A DNA stretch of 64,000 nucleotides from Sphagnum compactum (lineage: Eukaryota): NCBI GenBank assembly GCA_965153455.1, contig OZ234494.1, positions 4,216,001 through 4,280,000 of the forward strand, read 5' to 3'. The notes under the pieces were generated by a model, which worked only from the letters and a program-made list of their open reading frames with translations, had not been told where the DNA came from and ran no database searches. This document shows positions 52,780 to 64,000 of this stretch, piece by piece (the first letter of the stretch is position 1; every line of letters begins with the position of its first letter). Both the position numbers and the translations under genes were made by a program.

Positions 52780-54364
52780 CCTTGAACTCATATTCCTAAA
52801 CTATAAGCGCCCAATGAGCTAACTTACCAGTAAGCTTGTCGTTGGTCATCAACCATTTGATAGGCTAGTGGTCGATATACAAAGTGAACTCGGTGCCATA
52901 AAGATAGGGCCTGAAATCTATGATGACCCATACAATAGCAAGACACTCCCCTCGTATGAAGAGTAGTTGCTCTCGGCCTTGTTGTTGCTTCGAGATGCAC
53001 ATATAGGCGATAACATATTCCTTGCCTTTTTCATCAAGTTGGCCAAGAATAACACCGATACCAAAAGCATTCCAGTTAATGTGTAGAATGAAAACTTTGC
53101 TAAAATTAGGTCTTCTCAAAATGGGGAACTCTAAAAGATTTTCCTTGAGTGTGTCAAAAGCTTCCTGAGCCTCTTCACTCCATGTCCAAGCAACATCCTT
53201 TTTTAACAATGCATAGAGAGGATGTGCAATATTACTGAAGTCTTGGACATAAATCCTGTAGTAATTACATAGTCTGATGAAGCTCCTCAAAGTGTGAACA
53301 TTAATAGGATTGGGCATCTCCAAAATGGCTACTACTTTGGCCCAATGAGCCATAATACCATTTGGCAAAATTTTATGTCCAAGGTAGACTATTAAGGTGA
53401 CAACAAACTCACACTTTTTAGGATAGATCTTCATATTGACTTCGTGGAGCCTTTTGAATAACTCCTTAAGATGAGCTAAGTGTTGCAGGAGTCCCTTGCT
53501 ATGCACTAGGACATCATCTATGTATATTCAGAAATTTGCCCCTTCGAGAACCTGGTCCATGACTCGCTGAAAGAAGACAGGTGCATTCTTCAATCCAAAA
53601 GGCATCACAAGCCATTCCCACAACTTCTTGCTTCCATGGAATGTCGTTTCCTTACAATCCTTCGCAGTGAGCACAATCTGGTTGAAGCCTTGCCTCAGAT
53701 CCATAATTGTGAAGATGTTTGAGTCTCCAATGTTATCAAATAGTTCTTCAGGGATGGGCATGGGGTACGTGTCCTGAGGTGTAACCACGTTCAAAGGCCT
53801 ATAATCCTTACACATCCTTTTCTCAGTCCATAATCTAGCTGAATCCTTTTCGGTTAGCATTATTGTAACGGCTGCGAATTCAAAACTTGATGGCTGAATG
53901 AAACTAGCCTCATGGAGCTCTTTGCATCTTTCATCTACTAGTTCCCACTCATGCTTACTCAACCTATGCCTCCTTCGATAGATGGGCATCTCATCTGTAA
54001 GGTTTATAGAAAACTGCATGGTCTTACACCTACCTAAGTCTTTCATTGAGAATGCGAACACATTCTCATACTTAATTAGCAAATTTGTGACCTGGTGTCT
54101 CTCCTTCTTGGTGAGCTGGTTCCCCATAACGAAAGGGTAGTTGGAAACACATGGAATGGAGTTCGAAAGTGTGTTTGAAGAACTTGGTGTATTGGGTTTT
54201 CCACTATCCAACTGCGCAGATTCGTAGAAGGTTAAAATTATTTCTTTAAAAGCTGATGTACCTCCGGGTGTATCAGAAACAACTTGAGTCAAATTACATG
54301 GTACCTCCTCCCCCCCAACACTAAGAGTGAAATGTAGAGTGTTGGAGATAGGCAAGTGTACTTG
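52780..54364 (-). pseudogene. Ty3/Gypsy reverse transcriptase + RNase H
   Basis: RMCKDYRPLN, YPMPIPEELF, DLRQGFNQI, VMPFGLKNAPVFFQRVM, YIDD (just after an in-frame TGA), YLGH, FILH..GIGVILGQ, GECLAIVW, FRPYLYGTEFTLYIDH. Confidence 0.95.
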
Positions 54365-54369
54365 GTCAG

Positions 54370-55191
54370 TGACGCGCTCCCAAGTCCCTAGTTAGTCCCA
54401 AGATGGGGCTAACTTGCTCAAGTTGCGAAAAAGTGAGGGACTTGGGGCACGCTCCCAGCCTTCAACACTAAAAGGGGTAGAGGGGCGTGCTGAAGCCTCG
54501 GGATGGGACTAGGAAGAGTGACAAGCTTACTTACTTACTCGAACTTGCATCAAAACCAACCAACAAGTTGGTTAGATCACTTTCTGGGGCACCCTTGGTG
54601 CTAGGACAAGCCACGGGCAACTCTGGACTCACAAGACTCACCACGGCCCAAATTCGGGCGAAGCCACCACCTTCCCCCATATAGTGTTCTCTGCATTTTC
54701 CCAAGGCACCCGCATCCGAATGGCTTTTTGTCCCGGGACTCCCAAGGAGGAGTCCCGAAATTATCTCGGTTTGAACTCCTGGGACTTTGGAAGCTCATAA
54801 CTCCCAATTCAGACCTCTGATTGGAATGAAGTTTAAAATAAACTTGTAGCTCTTCTCAAGAGCTTTCCAACAGTGTGTTGCACTCCACCTGCACACACCA
54901 GGATCGGGTCAATTCCCGACTTTTAGTGGTCGGGAGTCAAACTGCCAGTTTGACTCCCAGACCTTCTTTCGACCATAACTTGTGTTGCAGATGTTTGAAT
55001 GGCTCATGCAAGGCCATTTTCGACATCTACACTTCAAGACCTTTCTAATGGTATAAAGAACACCTCAATGTAAGGTGTTTTAACCCTTGCAATCAAGCTC
55101 TGAATTTTTGGGAGTCCCGAAGGACTCCAAGTTCCCACTTTCGGGAGTGTGAGTTTCATCCTCACACTTGCCTCAAAGTGGGGTTGCGACA
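54370..55191. mobile_element. Nested solo LTR of a different family (822 bp)
   Basis: TGACGC...GCGACA termini, flanked by GTCAG and GTCAA (5-bp TSD, one mismatch). Removing it restores the host Pol frame (TTWHLD-QVHLPISN). Confidence 0.85.
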
Positions 55192-55279
55192 GTCAAGGTG
55201 CCATGTAGTTGCATCGCGAGAGTTGCAAGCTGATTGAATCAGTGTTGCTGTTGTGTACATTTGAAAGAGTACATAGATT

Positions 55280-56230
55280 ACCAATAACCGTGTAAGGGAG
55301 TTCAGGTCCATGCCTCTCCCCAGTAGAGCGTTACACTCCAATCTAGACACCTTGATGTGACTAGTAGTGCCAGTTTGGAACCCCATAACCCTTTCTCTTT
55401 CTTCTGGGTTTGGTTCATCCCAAGTGGCTGAAACATAACAATACATCAGGCTTGGTCCATCTCCCTGAAAGGCGTGTGCTCCTGGGAAGGAGACAAAGGT
55501 GGGCCAAGCACCTCTTGGTTTTCCTATTGTGTTCGCTAGAAACCAAGGAGGTTTCTCTTGCCTTGTAACTGGTTGGGAGGAGCTCTGATCATCCAATATG
55601 TGAGAAACCTGCAGGTTGGGATCTCTGATGGTGTATCTTAGAGCCAACTGCAGAACTGAAAGTGGTGCAAGGTTGATCCACTAGTTGCATAGCCGATGCG
55701 CATAGGAGCCGCATTATGCCGCATCAAGTAAGGGCGGCTCTCCAAGGTAATGTTTGACCAACGCGTAGTGCTCCTAGACTTTCTCCCTCTGGTCAAGCTA
55801 AGAAGGGGTGTTCTCAATTACATAACCAAGCGTAGGGAAAATGGATTGAGCCCAGGTGATCAATCGTACCATGTCCATGAAAAGACCAGATCTTGTGTCC
55901 CTCAAGCCTTCTCCAAATCCAGCCGTTGAAAATCCTTCACACTCCCAACCTGAAATGATGAGGTCCACGGGGCCAAGTAATTCCATATGCTTCTTTTGAA
56001 TTAGTTGTATGTCAAAGGACAAGAAAGTGAAATTGGCCTTTTAGACGATGGTTACAAACTATTGTCGAAATTTGGATGTGAGCTCCATCATATTCGATGC
56101 CACCACTTGCCTTGCAATAGGATCAATGTCTATGTAGAAATACCTCCGAACCACCATCCTTGACTGTAGTAGGGCTTCGAGACTTGTACCAATACCACTA
56201 AAGAGCTATAGTAATATAATCCCCTCCTTA
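55280..56230 (-). pseudogene. C5 cytosine DNA methyltransferase domain (DNMT3-like) inside Pol
   Basis: Hand translation, one frame: motif I ILL*LFSGIGT, II YFYIDIDPIAR, III DI, IV VDLIISGWECEGFS, V LRDTRSGLF, VI YVIENTP, VIII LDAA*CGSYAHRLCN*WINL, IX ERERVMGF, X LLGRGMD. Seven in-frame stops and no frameshift. Confidence 0.9.
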
Positions 56231-56639
56231 GGTAATGTCCAGGTGATGAGCTGACGAAATACTAGTTTAATCGGTTCGCCATGGCTCTCCATGTTTTCAA
56301 AACTAGACAGAACTTTGACTAAAAGTTCGTGGGCTACTTTGAACCGTTGTAAAACCTTTGGTCCGTGTTGAATGTCAGTAGGAACCACTTTTAAGCTTTC
56401 AGTAGCTTGGGCATAAAATGTCTCCTCTTCATCTCCCTTTATCCACTTGTGGCTAGTTTGTTGGATGTAAGAAATGGTGTGTGCTTCCTTGAGCATACAA
56501 TGGTGAGCCATAGGGCTATGGTTCCCATGTAAATCAAGGGGTATGTATCCCAGGTGGTGGCCATCAGTCTCCCAATCCACTCGGTAGTACGCATGCTCGA
56601 ACCAATTGTTAATTATGAAACCTGGTGGAAACAGGGCCT

Positions 56640-56930
56640 CTTGCCCAATGAACACATCGTAACCACTAGCATTGGTGATTAAACATCTGACCTGTAGGCA
56701 AAGCTCCTAATCTGTACCTTCATTGAAATTAAATGCAATCAAATCCGAGCTCTCCCCAAAAACCTCCTCTCCGCTCCCAGTAGCGGTGCGAATTTACCAC
56801 ATAGATTTTCGTAGTTTGGAGTCGAACATGACCATCTTCTTGGTGAATTGAACTCCAAGAATCACTGGTTGGGCACCTGTATCAAGAACTATTACTTTGG
56901 GTGTGTGTCCTCCCACTTGGATTGTTGACT
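56640..56930 (-). pseudogene. Retroviral-type aspartic protease
   Basis: VIVLDTGAQPVILG ... IRTATG ... YDVFIG, in the same frame as the DNMT. Confidence 0.85.
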
Positions 56931-57229
56931 CAATATTGTCGACAATGGCAACTCCGGTGGCGATGGAAGTTTTCTCACTAGGCACCACCTTCGGAAATGA
57001 ATGAGAGACTTTGTGGACAGAATGGCTATCCACAATGCCTTTGCTAAGTAACAAATCCACAAGTGAGGTGTTATTAGCTTCTTTCTGATATGTGAATATA
57101 GAATCAGTGGTAGGAGAACCCACTAGTTTAGCCATGCTAAAACTAGTGACCAAATTACGAACGCCATCTGTAACACATGAGCTAATTGAATGTTTTCACA
57201 AGGTGTTAGATGGGACCCCTGTAACATGT

Positions 57230-58080
57230 GGATCAGGGATTGGCAGAGGGCCTGATGTAGTGTTCAGGGTATCCTTTAGTACTGCAATTATGTCCCTGGT
57301 GCTTAGCTTCAAATTTTGAAAAACTAAACAAAGGTGTATTCACAAGCTTTTGCGCCACTTCACGCATTTGAAATTGGCACTCCATAAGTTGATTAGTGGA
57401 AAATTGTGTGTTTTCTTGATGTACATGTACTCCTAGGACACGAGAATTTGATGCCCTAGCAGCTTGTGGTGTAGTAGTTTCCCCCCCTGCCAACAAGGTG
57501 CGTTCTTCTTCCGTGTTGAAAGGACGAAAAGATTGTGGCATGACTGCTCGAGCTCCTCTAGCCCTGGTAATAGGACTTGAACCAGATGTGAGTCCATTAG
57601 TCTGAATTGTATGCACTCCAAAAAAAATACTCCCCAACCATGGCATCGTGTGGGAGGCCATAGAACAAGCTAAGAGGTCCCTTTCATGATCCTCGGTGAC
57701 GCCCAAAATCCTCAGAGAATGTTACTCATAGACATTCAATGCCTCATAGTGCACATAACAGGCTAGTTGTTTGAATGCAAACGCTTCGGTGTAATTAACA
57801 CCATACTTGAGCTCCAATTCACAAACCACAGTTGAGAAAGTTACCTTGAACTCCCTCAAAGAAATGATACCTGGCCTTCCGTTAAACTTCTCAATTCTCT
57901 CAGAGGAACTGTTGACCTCCATGGTGTATATGGGTGTAGAGGTAATGGCTTGTAGCGGAATATACGGTGATGGTGTGAAAGCTGGTGCAGCCGCAGGCGT
58001 ACCCCACTGATTTACCCCTCCAAATGGACTTTGATGTATCGTTGATGTAGTGTAATTTGAACCTGAATTCCTCGTAGGAG
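57230..58080 (-). pseudogene. Gag-like remnant (probably internally deleted)
   Basis: ERIEKFNGRPGIISLREFK (a KF-x-G gag-type start), located upstream of the protease. Confidence 0.55.
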
Positions 58081-58698
58081 TTGTATTGGATTACGGTGGT
58101 ACTGTAGACGCATGATGGTACTGTCGTGAAAAGCGTGAGCTCAAAGAAATCGGCTCAAATGATTGTGTGTTACTTCGTAGTTGAAAGTCCAACGGACGTC
58201 GACAGAAGTTAGAAGTCTACGACGCGACGGACGGTATTACGAGCGTGCGTGAACTTCACGACGATGGCGGGTGACAACACGACGAATGCAGCACTGTAGT
58301 TCGCTATGAATACCGCACTGCATCTTGCAACGCTGCGACTCGTGATCGACACTACGTTGCAACTCGCAACAGACGCCGCGTTGCAAGTTACGGTGTTGCA
58401 GGTCGCGACGAACGTCGCGCTACAAATCGCAACGCTGCAGCGATGGCGGATGTGACACTGCAACAATGGCGGACGCGATGCTACAGCTCGCAGCGTTGCA
58501 AATCGCCTAGAAGCAAAACTTTTTTTTTTTACTTGTCTTCATGTGTCTCTGCGTAAGAAAGAGAAAGAGCTTTGAAACCTGTTCTAAGATATGTCACTCC
58601 CCTGTTTAGTCTCGCTTTTCCCAGCTCTTTCATTCTCGGCTCTGTTGGTTGGTAGACGTGTAACAGCACAACCTCCCTCCAGTAGTCGCAACTCCAGC

Positions 58699-58800
58699 AA
58701 TTGTAATGGTGGATACCATCTATTCTGCCTCAAGTTGAAGCTCACTCAAGTTCCCGCCGGCATTTGGTACTGTTCATCATGTTCTCCTGCAGCACCTTGA
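58699..58800 (+). pseudogene. Second half of the integrase C-terminal PHD finger
   Basis: NCNGGYHLFCLKLKLTQVPAGIWYCSSCSPAAP*. Confidence 0.88.
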
Positions 58801-58850
58801 TTTCTACTCAAACCATGCCACACTTTTCCCAGCTCAAGTCTGGAGGGGGA

Positions 58851-59039
58851 TACATGAGAATTTCATTTTAGCCTCCTCTTGTGCATTGTATGTATATGTG
58901 CGTGCATCTCTTTTTGGTTGATTAATTTATACCTTTGACTGGTTTTAATCTTCTTACTTAGTAGAGTCTGCTATGGATTTACACCCTTACAACACTGTAC
59001 GTCACGACACTACACGTCACGACACTACACGTCACGACA
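58851..59039 (+). repeat. Terminal repeat B1, ending in 15-bp ACGACACTACACGTC units
   Basis: Direct repeat of 59338-59500; directly follows the purine tract. Confidence 0.92.
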
Positions 59040-59041
59040 AA

Positions 59042-59338
59042 TATCATGCTCATATGCATGGCCTCATACATGATGGCCGATTACGGGCATGCCACTCATG
59101 CCTTTTAGGGTTAATGTACGTTCTTAGGTTACTGTACGTTATTAAGTGTTTAAGGTTTCAGCTTGTTGGCAGTTATATAAAAGGCCAAGCTCTTCCCTTC
59201 TCTTGTTAGTTTTTCTAAAATTCCTTTGTCAAGGAGAGTTTCCTCCATAGTCAGATTGGATTTCTAGATGCTCACGACAGCCATTACACGGCCACCATTT
59301 ACATACACTTCTTTTCTTTCCTTCTTTGCAATTTTAAT
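59042..59338 (+). repeat. Terminal repeat A2
   Basis: Direct repeat of 50867-51180. Confidence 0.92.
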
Positions 59339-59500
59339 ACATGAGAATTTCATCTCAGTCTCCTCTTGTGCATTGTATGTATATGTGTGTGCATCTCTTT
59401 TTGGTTGATTAGTTTATACCTTTGATTGGTTTTTATCTTTTTGCTTAGTAGAGTTTGCACCTTTACGACACCATATGTCACGACACTACACGTCACGACA
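59338..59500 (+). repeat. Terminal repeat B2
   Basis: Direct repeat of 58851-59039; ends CACGACA. Confidence 0.92.
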
Positions 59501-61290
59501 CATCTAATTATAACTACCATCCAATAACAATACTATTATCTCCTATATTACACATGGTGTTCAACCAACATAGGATAAATTTATACCCTTAACATGGGAC
59601 TATGATACCATGTCTTATTTGTGATAATACTTGCCACATATATATCACCTACATTTCACTACTTAACGACGCAACCTATTTCATTGGTGCATTCCATTCA
59701 AAATGTCACATTCCATTATAGTGGAATTGGTGCAATTTAATGGAAACCAATTGGAATGTGAAGTGGATGCACAAACTACTGTAGTGACCCTTGATTGCAA
59801 AGGTGTATTAATTGGTTTGCACATATGCCTAAAGTTGAAAATCATTCATTTGAACATATAGTTGGTAATGTAATAGAGTAGCCTCATTGATGGAGTGTTT
59901 CTTTGGATGAAGTATAACATTTACATGTTAGTTTGGGTCAATAAATATTGTTAAGGAAAATAAATATTCACATGATCCAACAATTGTAAAAGACACTACA
60001 CAATAATATTACTACTCTTGATTGGCTAGCTATAATGATTGGTTCATATAGTTGGCTATAAATATTCTCATTTTATATTGTCTCATATTCTATGTGAAAC
60101 ATTTATAGGGGCCCAAATAAAGGGCATGGGTGAAGATATTCTTATATGCCTTAATTAATTACATTTTTTGGAAGTCACGTTTAATTAAAGTCTTGACTTA
60201 TCTTAATTTCAGGATTTTTTTACTTTTGAAAATTTCAAGATTTGCCATTTTTATGCACTTCCCATTTTTAAAAAAGAAAAAATGTACAAAGCTAACTTTT
60301 CATACAAAGATATGGTCCATGTTCAATATGTGATGAATATCATATTGCGTTAATTTAAATTGCATTAAATATTTCTATCATTTTTTTATTATGTCTGAAA
60401 CACTAAGGTTTTCTCTATTTTTGTCTAAAAAATTTATTATTTGGATTTAGTTTTATAAAGAATTAGGGAACATGCCCTAAGTTTTGATAATTTATGTTGT
60501 AATATAGCCACCACCACTTGATGAGGTTGGGGGTACATTAAAGATCTTCTCAAAATAATACTTATAAATAATTTATATTATTGTGGAAATGAAATCAACA
60601 AGGAAAGTAAGACTATGGTACGTTCACTACATGATAACATATATTGTTTGTTCCAAATTACTATAATGTGTCCAAAAATGTGAAAATTTGAACAACCAAA
60701 GGTTTAAAAATGTGCGTTGGGTCTAAGAAAAATGTATGCTACAACTATGTTAGAGAGCCCACCTGCCAAAGGAAGTAATAAGGAATACATGGAAAAGGTT
60801 TTAATCCCTTCCTATGTGGTTGAGGTTGAAGGTTTTTTTGTAAACCATAGGGCTATGCCACAAAGAATACATATGTAAGGATATATTGTTGTATGGATGT
60901 TACATGGTCTCTATTGCACCACTAATGTAAAATGTCATCATGAACTTTTGCTTTGGCTTTCTGTAAGCAAGAAAGCTTTTGGTTGAACATAAAGCATGCA
61001 CCTCGTCCTTGGCCCCTTATTTTGGGAATGCTCCCACCTTGAGGCTTTACCTTACACTTAATTTGTATAATTAATAACTTCAATAAGTACATAAGATTAA
61101 CACCTTCTCATTATAATGAAAGAAATATATATATTTTCAAGTTTAAGGAGTAAACCAACCTTTGTGTTGTTCCTTTGAATGAACCTTATCAATATAATAA
61201 AATCAATAACCAGATAGTTGGTTATTGATAATTGGTTTGATAACCTAGTTGATAATTGGGTCAATAATTAAAAAACCATTGGCCAACGTT

Positions 61291-61401
61291 CACTACAACA
61301 AAAGGTGTCCTTGTATGCCAAGTGATTTCAATGGATTATGAGTGAATTCACTGGTCTAGTGAACAAGGATTAGTGAACAACACCCACATTTTATAGTAGT
61401 G
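61291..61401 (+). mobile_element. Small non-autonomous CACTA-ended element
   Basis: Begins CACTAC and ends GTAGTG; flanks GTT/ATT (imperfect 3-bp TSD); homolog at about 48232-48383. Confidence 0.55.
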
Positions 61402-64000
61402 ATTAGTAAAAATCTTTGAATTTTTGGGTAGTTTATAACCATGGTAAATATTTTATCCTAACATAAAAATCAAAGTCTTTAAGTTCAAATTTAACATTTA
61501 TTGGGTCAAATATGGTCACTAAATAATTTCATTGAAGAAGGTGAAGGTGTTAGTGTAGGTGTTGGTTCAACTTGGCTTCTATTGTTCACTTAATGGTCAT
61601 AAACAATATAATGAAGTTAATTGAACAATTTGAATCAATGTTGGTCAATTATTTTATTTTGACATGATTATCAACCTGATTATTAACTAGGTCATTAATA
61701 ACCTATTAGTTGATTAATGATTTTTATAATCAGTTAATAACTTAGTTATTTGGTATTGAACTTCCAAAATATAATAACCTACCCATATGATTTAGTTATC
61801 ATCTAAGTAGGTTATCAATCCTAATTTTTTTAATGATAAAATTCAATAAAAATAAAAATAAAATAATATATATAATTTTGGTAAAAACCATATAATTGAT
61901 TAATAATCGATAGAATAATCAATGGTTATCAATTAGTTATTTAATAACCTACCCTTATGCATAATCAATGATTATTACCCAAAATATTAATCACTTAAAT
62001 AAAATCTTTTTTTAAATATTGATATTGATATTGATAATTTAATTGGCACCCCAATTTCTTTTAACGTACCAAAAATTTATTGAAATCAAGAGGTTAAACC
62101 ACGAGAAGAAATCTTGTCTTTTTCCACCCCCACACATTGCAACTATTGTCGAATTTGATTACATTTCAACTACATTTGACTATCTTAAGTTTGCAAGTGG
62201 CTTGCTATATTAATAATGGTCAATATTGTTCATAGTTGTTATGTTCATTTATGAATATAATTTGGACCTTCTTTAATTATAAAATTTGAATTTCATAAAC
62301 AATTTCATGCCAAACATGATAAATTTAAAAAATTTCATCATTATTAATAAAGTCTTGAAGTGGTTTGGTGGTCAGGATGTAAGTGTGTTTCCATGAGGTA
62401 TTGGGTTTAATCCTTGATGGATGCATGTATTAATGTATCTTGTACAAATGCAACTTACAAACATATACATCATGGTGAATACATACACATGTACATCATC
62501 ATACTTAAATGGTGTCAAAACATTGTTGTCGACAAAATCAAAAAATAAATAAATTTTTTTTTTTTTTTTTTTCACGGCATGTAAATTTGTCACAATGTGA
62601 CAAATTTGTGATCCATGATTCCATGATCCAAAGGGAAAAAAAAAAAAAAAAAAAAGTTATATGATGATGTGACATGTTATGCCACATCATATTAATTTGG
62701 GACCTCATATATCCATGTCATAATTTTTTAATTGAAAATTATCTAGTGTAACATGTGACTATCCAAGATGATTAAAAAATATTACATTAAAAATGTCTTA
62801 ATCAACTAGTCCTTTTTAACCAAAACCATACAAGTTGGATATTAGTGAATTTTTTTCTTTTTCACTAAAAATCTAGTGAATTTGGGTAATGGAAAAAAAA
62901 TAAAAATTCTTCTTATAAACAAACATCATTATTCCATCCAACTTGAAGTCAATTTTTAATAAATTGAAGATATGAGTCCCTAAGGATAAGATATTTGAAA
63001 ACGCTTTCCTTTTAAAATTCCCAATCACAAATTACTTATAAATTCATTGTGTTAGATTTTTAAATTTTATTTGAATAAAATAAAATTAGGGTTAATTTAT
63101 TCCCTTTACCATCTTTGTGTGAAGTACAGATCCAATTAGAAAACACCTTAAAACCTACCTCTCATTTCAACTGAAGATAATAAGATTTAATCTAATTTGT
63201 TTCGTTATAACATATAAAAATGGTATAATGATTGATAGAATCCAATGCCCATCATCAAAAACTACTTCATGACCAATTTAAATAATTAAATAAGGTTTCA
63301 TGAATCATGATGCTTATGAACCCATAAATTGCCCTTGTTAATCAAATTATAAAAAGTGGTGGAATTGGGTTTTTCATTCGTGGCACATTTTTTTTATTTT
63401 GCAAAAATGAAACAAAAAAATTGAAAGAGAAAAAATGTTTTTTGGGGTGTAAAATATATTTCTTTAGTGAGAAATTTCCATTTTTGTGAAATTAAAACAA
63501 TAGTGAACAAAAAAAAAAGGCCGAATGGGTCAATTTATTGACTTTTTGACCTAACCAAAGTAGAATCAATTTAAAATTTTTTCCCTCTTACATTTAAGAT
63601 AGGACATGCTTGGATGATGTGTTATATTGAATGATAATATTTATTTTGAATGCAAATGGATATGCAATTTCTCATTATGAGCCAAGTTTTGAATATAGGG
63701 CAATGTTTTTTAATATGTATATAGGTCATTGTTGATATCATGCAAAAGAAAATAAGGTTAAAAAAATGACATCTTCTTTACAAAATCAATATATTTTACA
63801 AACAAAATATATGGATTAAGGTTAAATTCCCAAAAAAATAATTCATGAAATAATGAATGCCAATTTTTACATTTGTGATCAAAATATTACATGATTTCCT
63901 TAACAATGTGTGGGATTAAGCTTGACTTGTTGTTTGTGTAAGGTAAAGCCTTTGGATGGGGGATTATGAGAAAAAGGGACCCACTTCAAGTGAGAGTCAA

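Larger units (their letters stand above)
50867..59500. mobile_element. Decayed Ty3/Gypsy-type retroelement encoding a DNA methyltransferase, with split A-B-A-B terminal repeats and an inverted interior
   Basis: Termini TGTCATG...CACGACA; gag, PR, DNMT, RT, RH, INT and PHD domains; repeats A1, B1, A2, B2; purine tract GGAGGGGGA at 58842-58850. Confidence 0.9.

Noticed and set aside
58990-59039. 15-bp repeats as an independent array
   Set aside because: They are part of terminal repeat B and also occur in B2.
50867-59500. Classification as a DIRS/Ngaro element because of the split repeats
   Set aside because: No tyrosine recombinase seen; RT, RH and the HHCC-DDE integrase are Ty3/Gypsy type and the ends are TG...CA.

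Overview
AT-rich, intron-containing plant genomic DNA; gene content and repeat style suggest a bryophyte, probably a moss such as Sphagnum (inference). There are four host genes: ELP4 (-) head-to-head with a fused ALKBH8/TRM9 gene (+), a CYP72-clan P450 (+), and a multi-exon S9-family peptidase (-). A decayed RanGAP copy and a composite Helitron carrying a PIF1 helicase remnant and captured PI31 exons are also present. The most unusual object is an 8.6-kb decayed Ty3/Gypsy-type retroelement (50867-59500). Its Pol frame reads protease - C5 cytosine DNA methyltransferase (DNMT3-like) - RT - RNase H - DDE integrase - PHD finger. It has split A...B-A-B terminal repeats instead of two ordinary LTRs, its interior is inverted (splitting the PHD finger), and a solo LTR of another family is inserted between the DNMT and RT.
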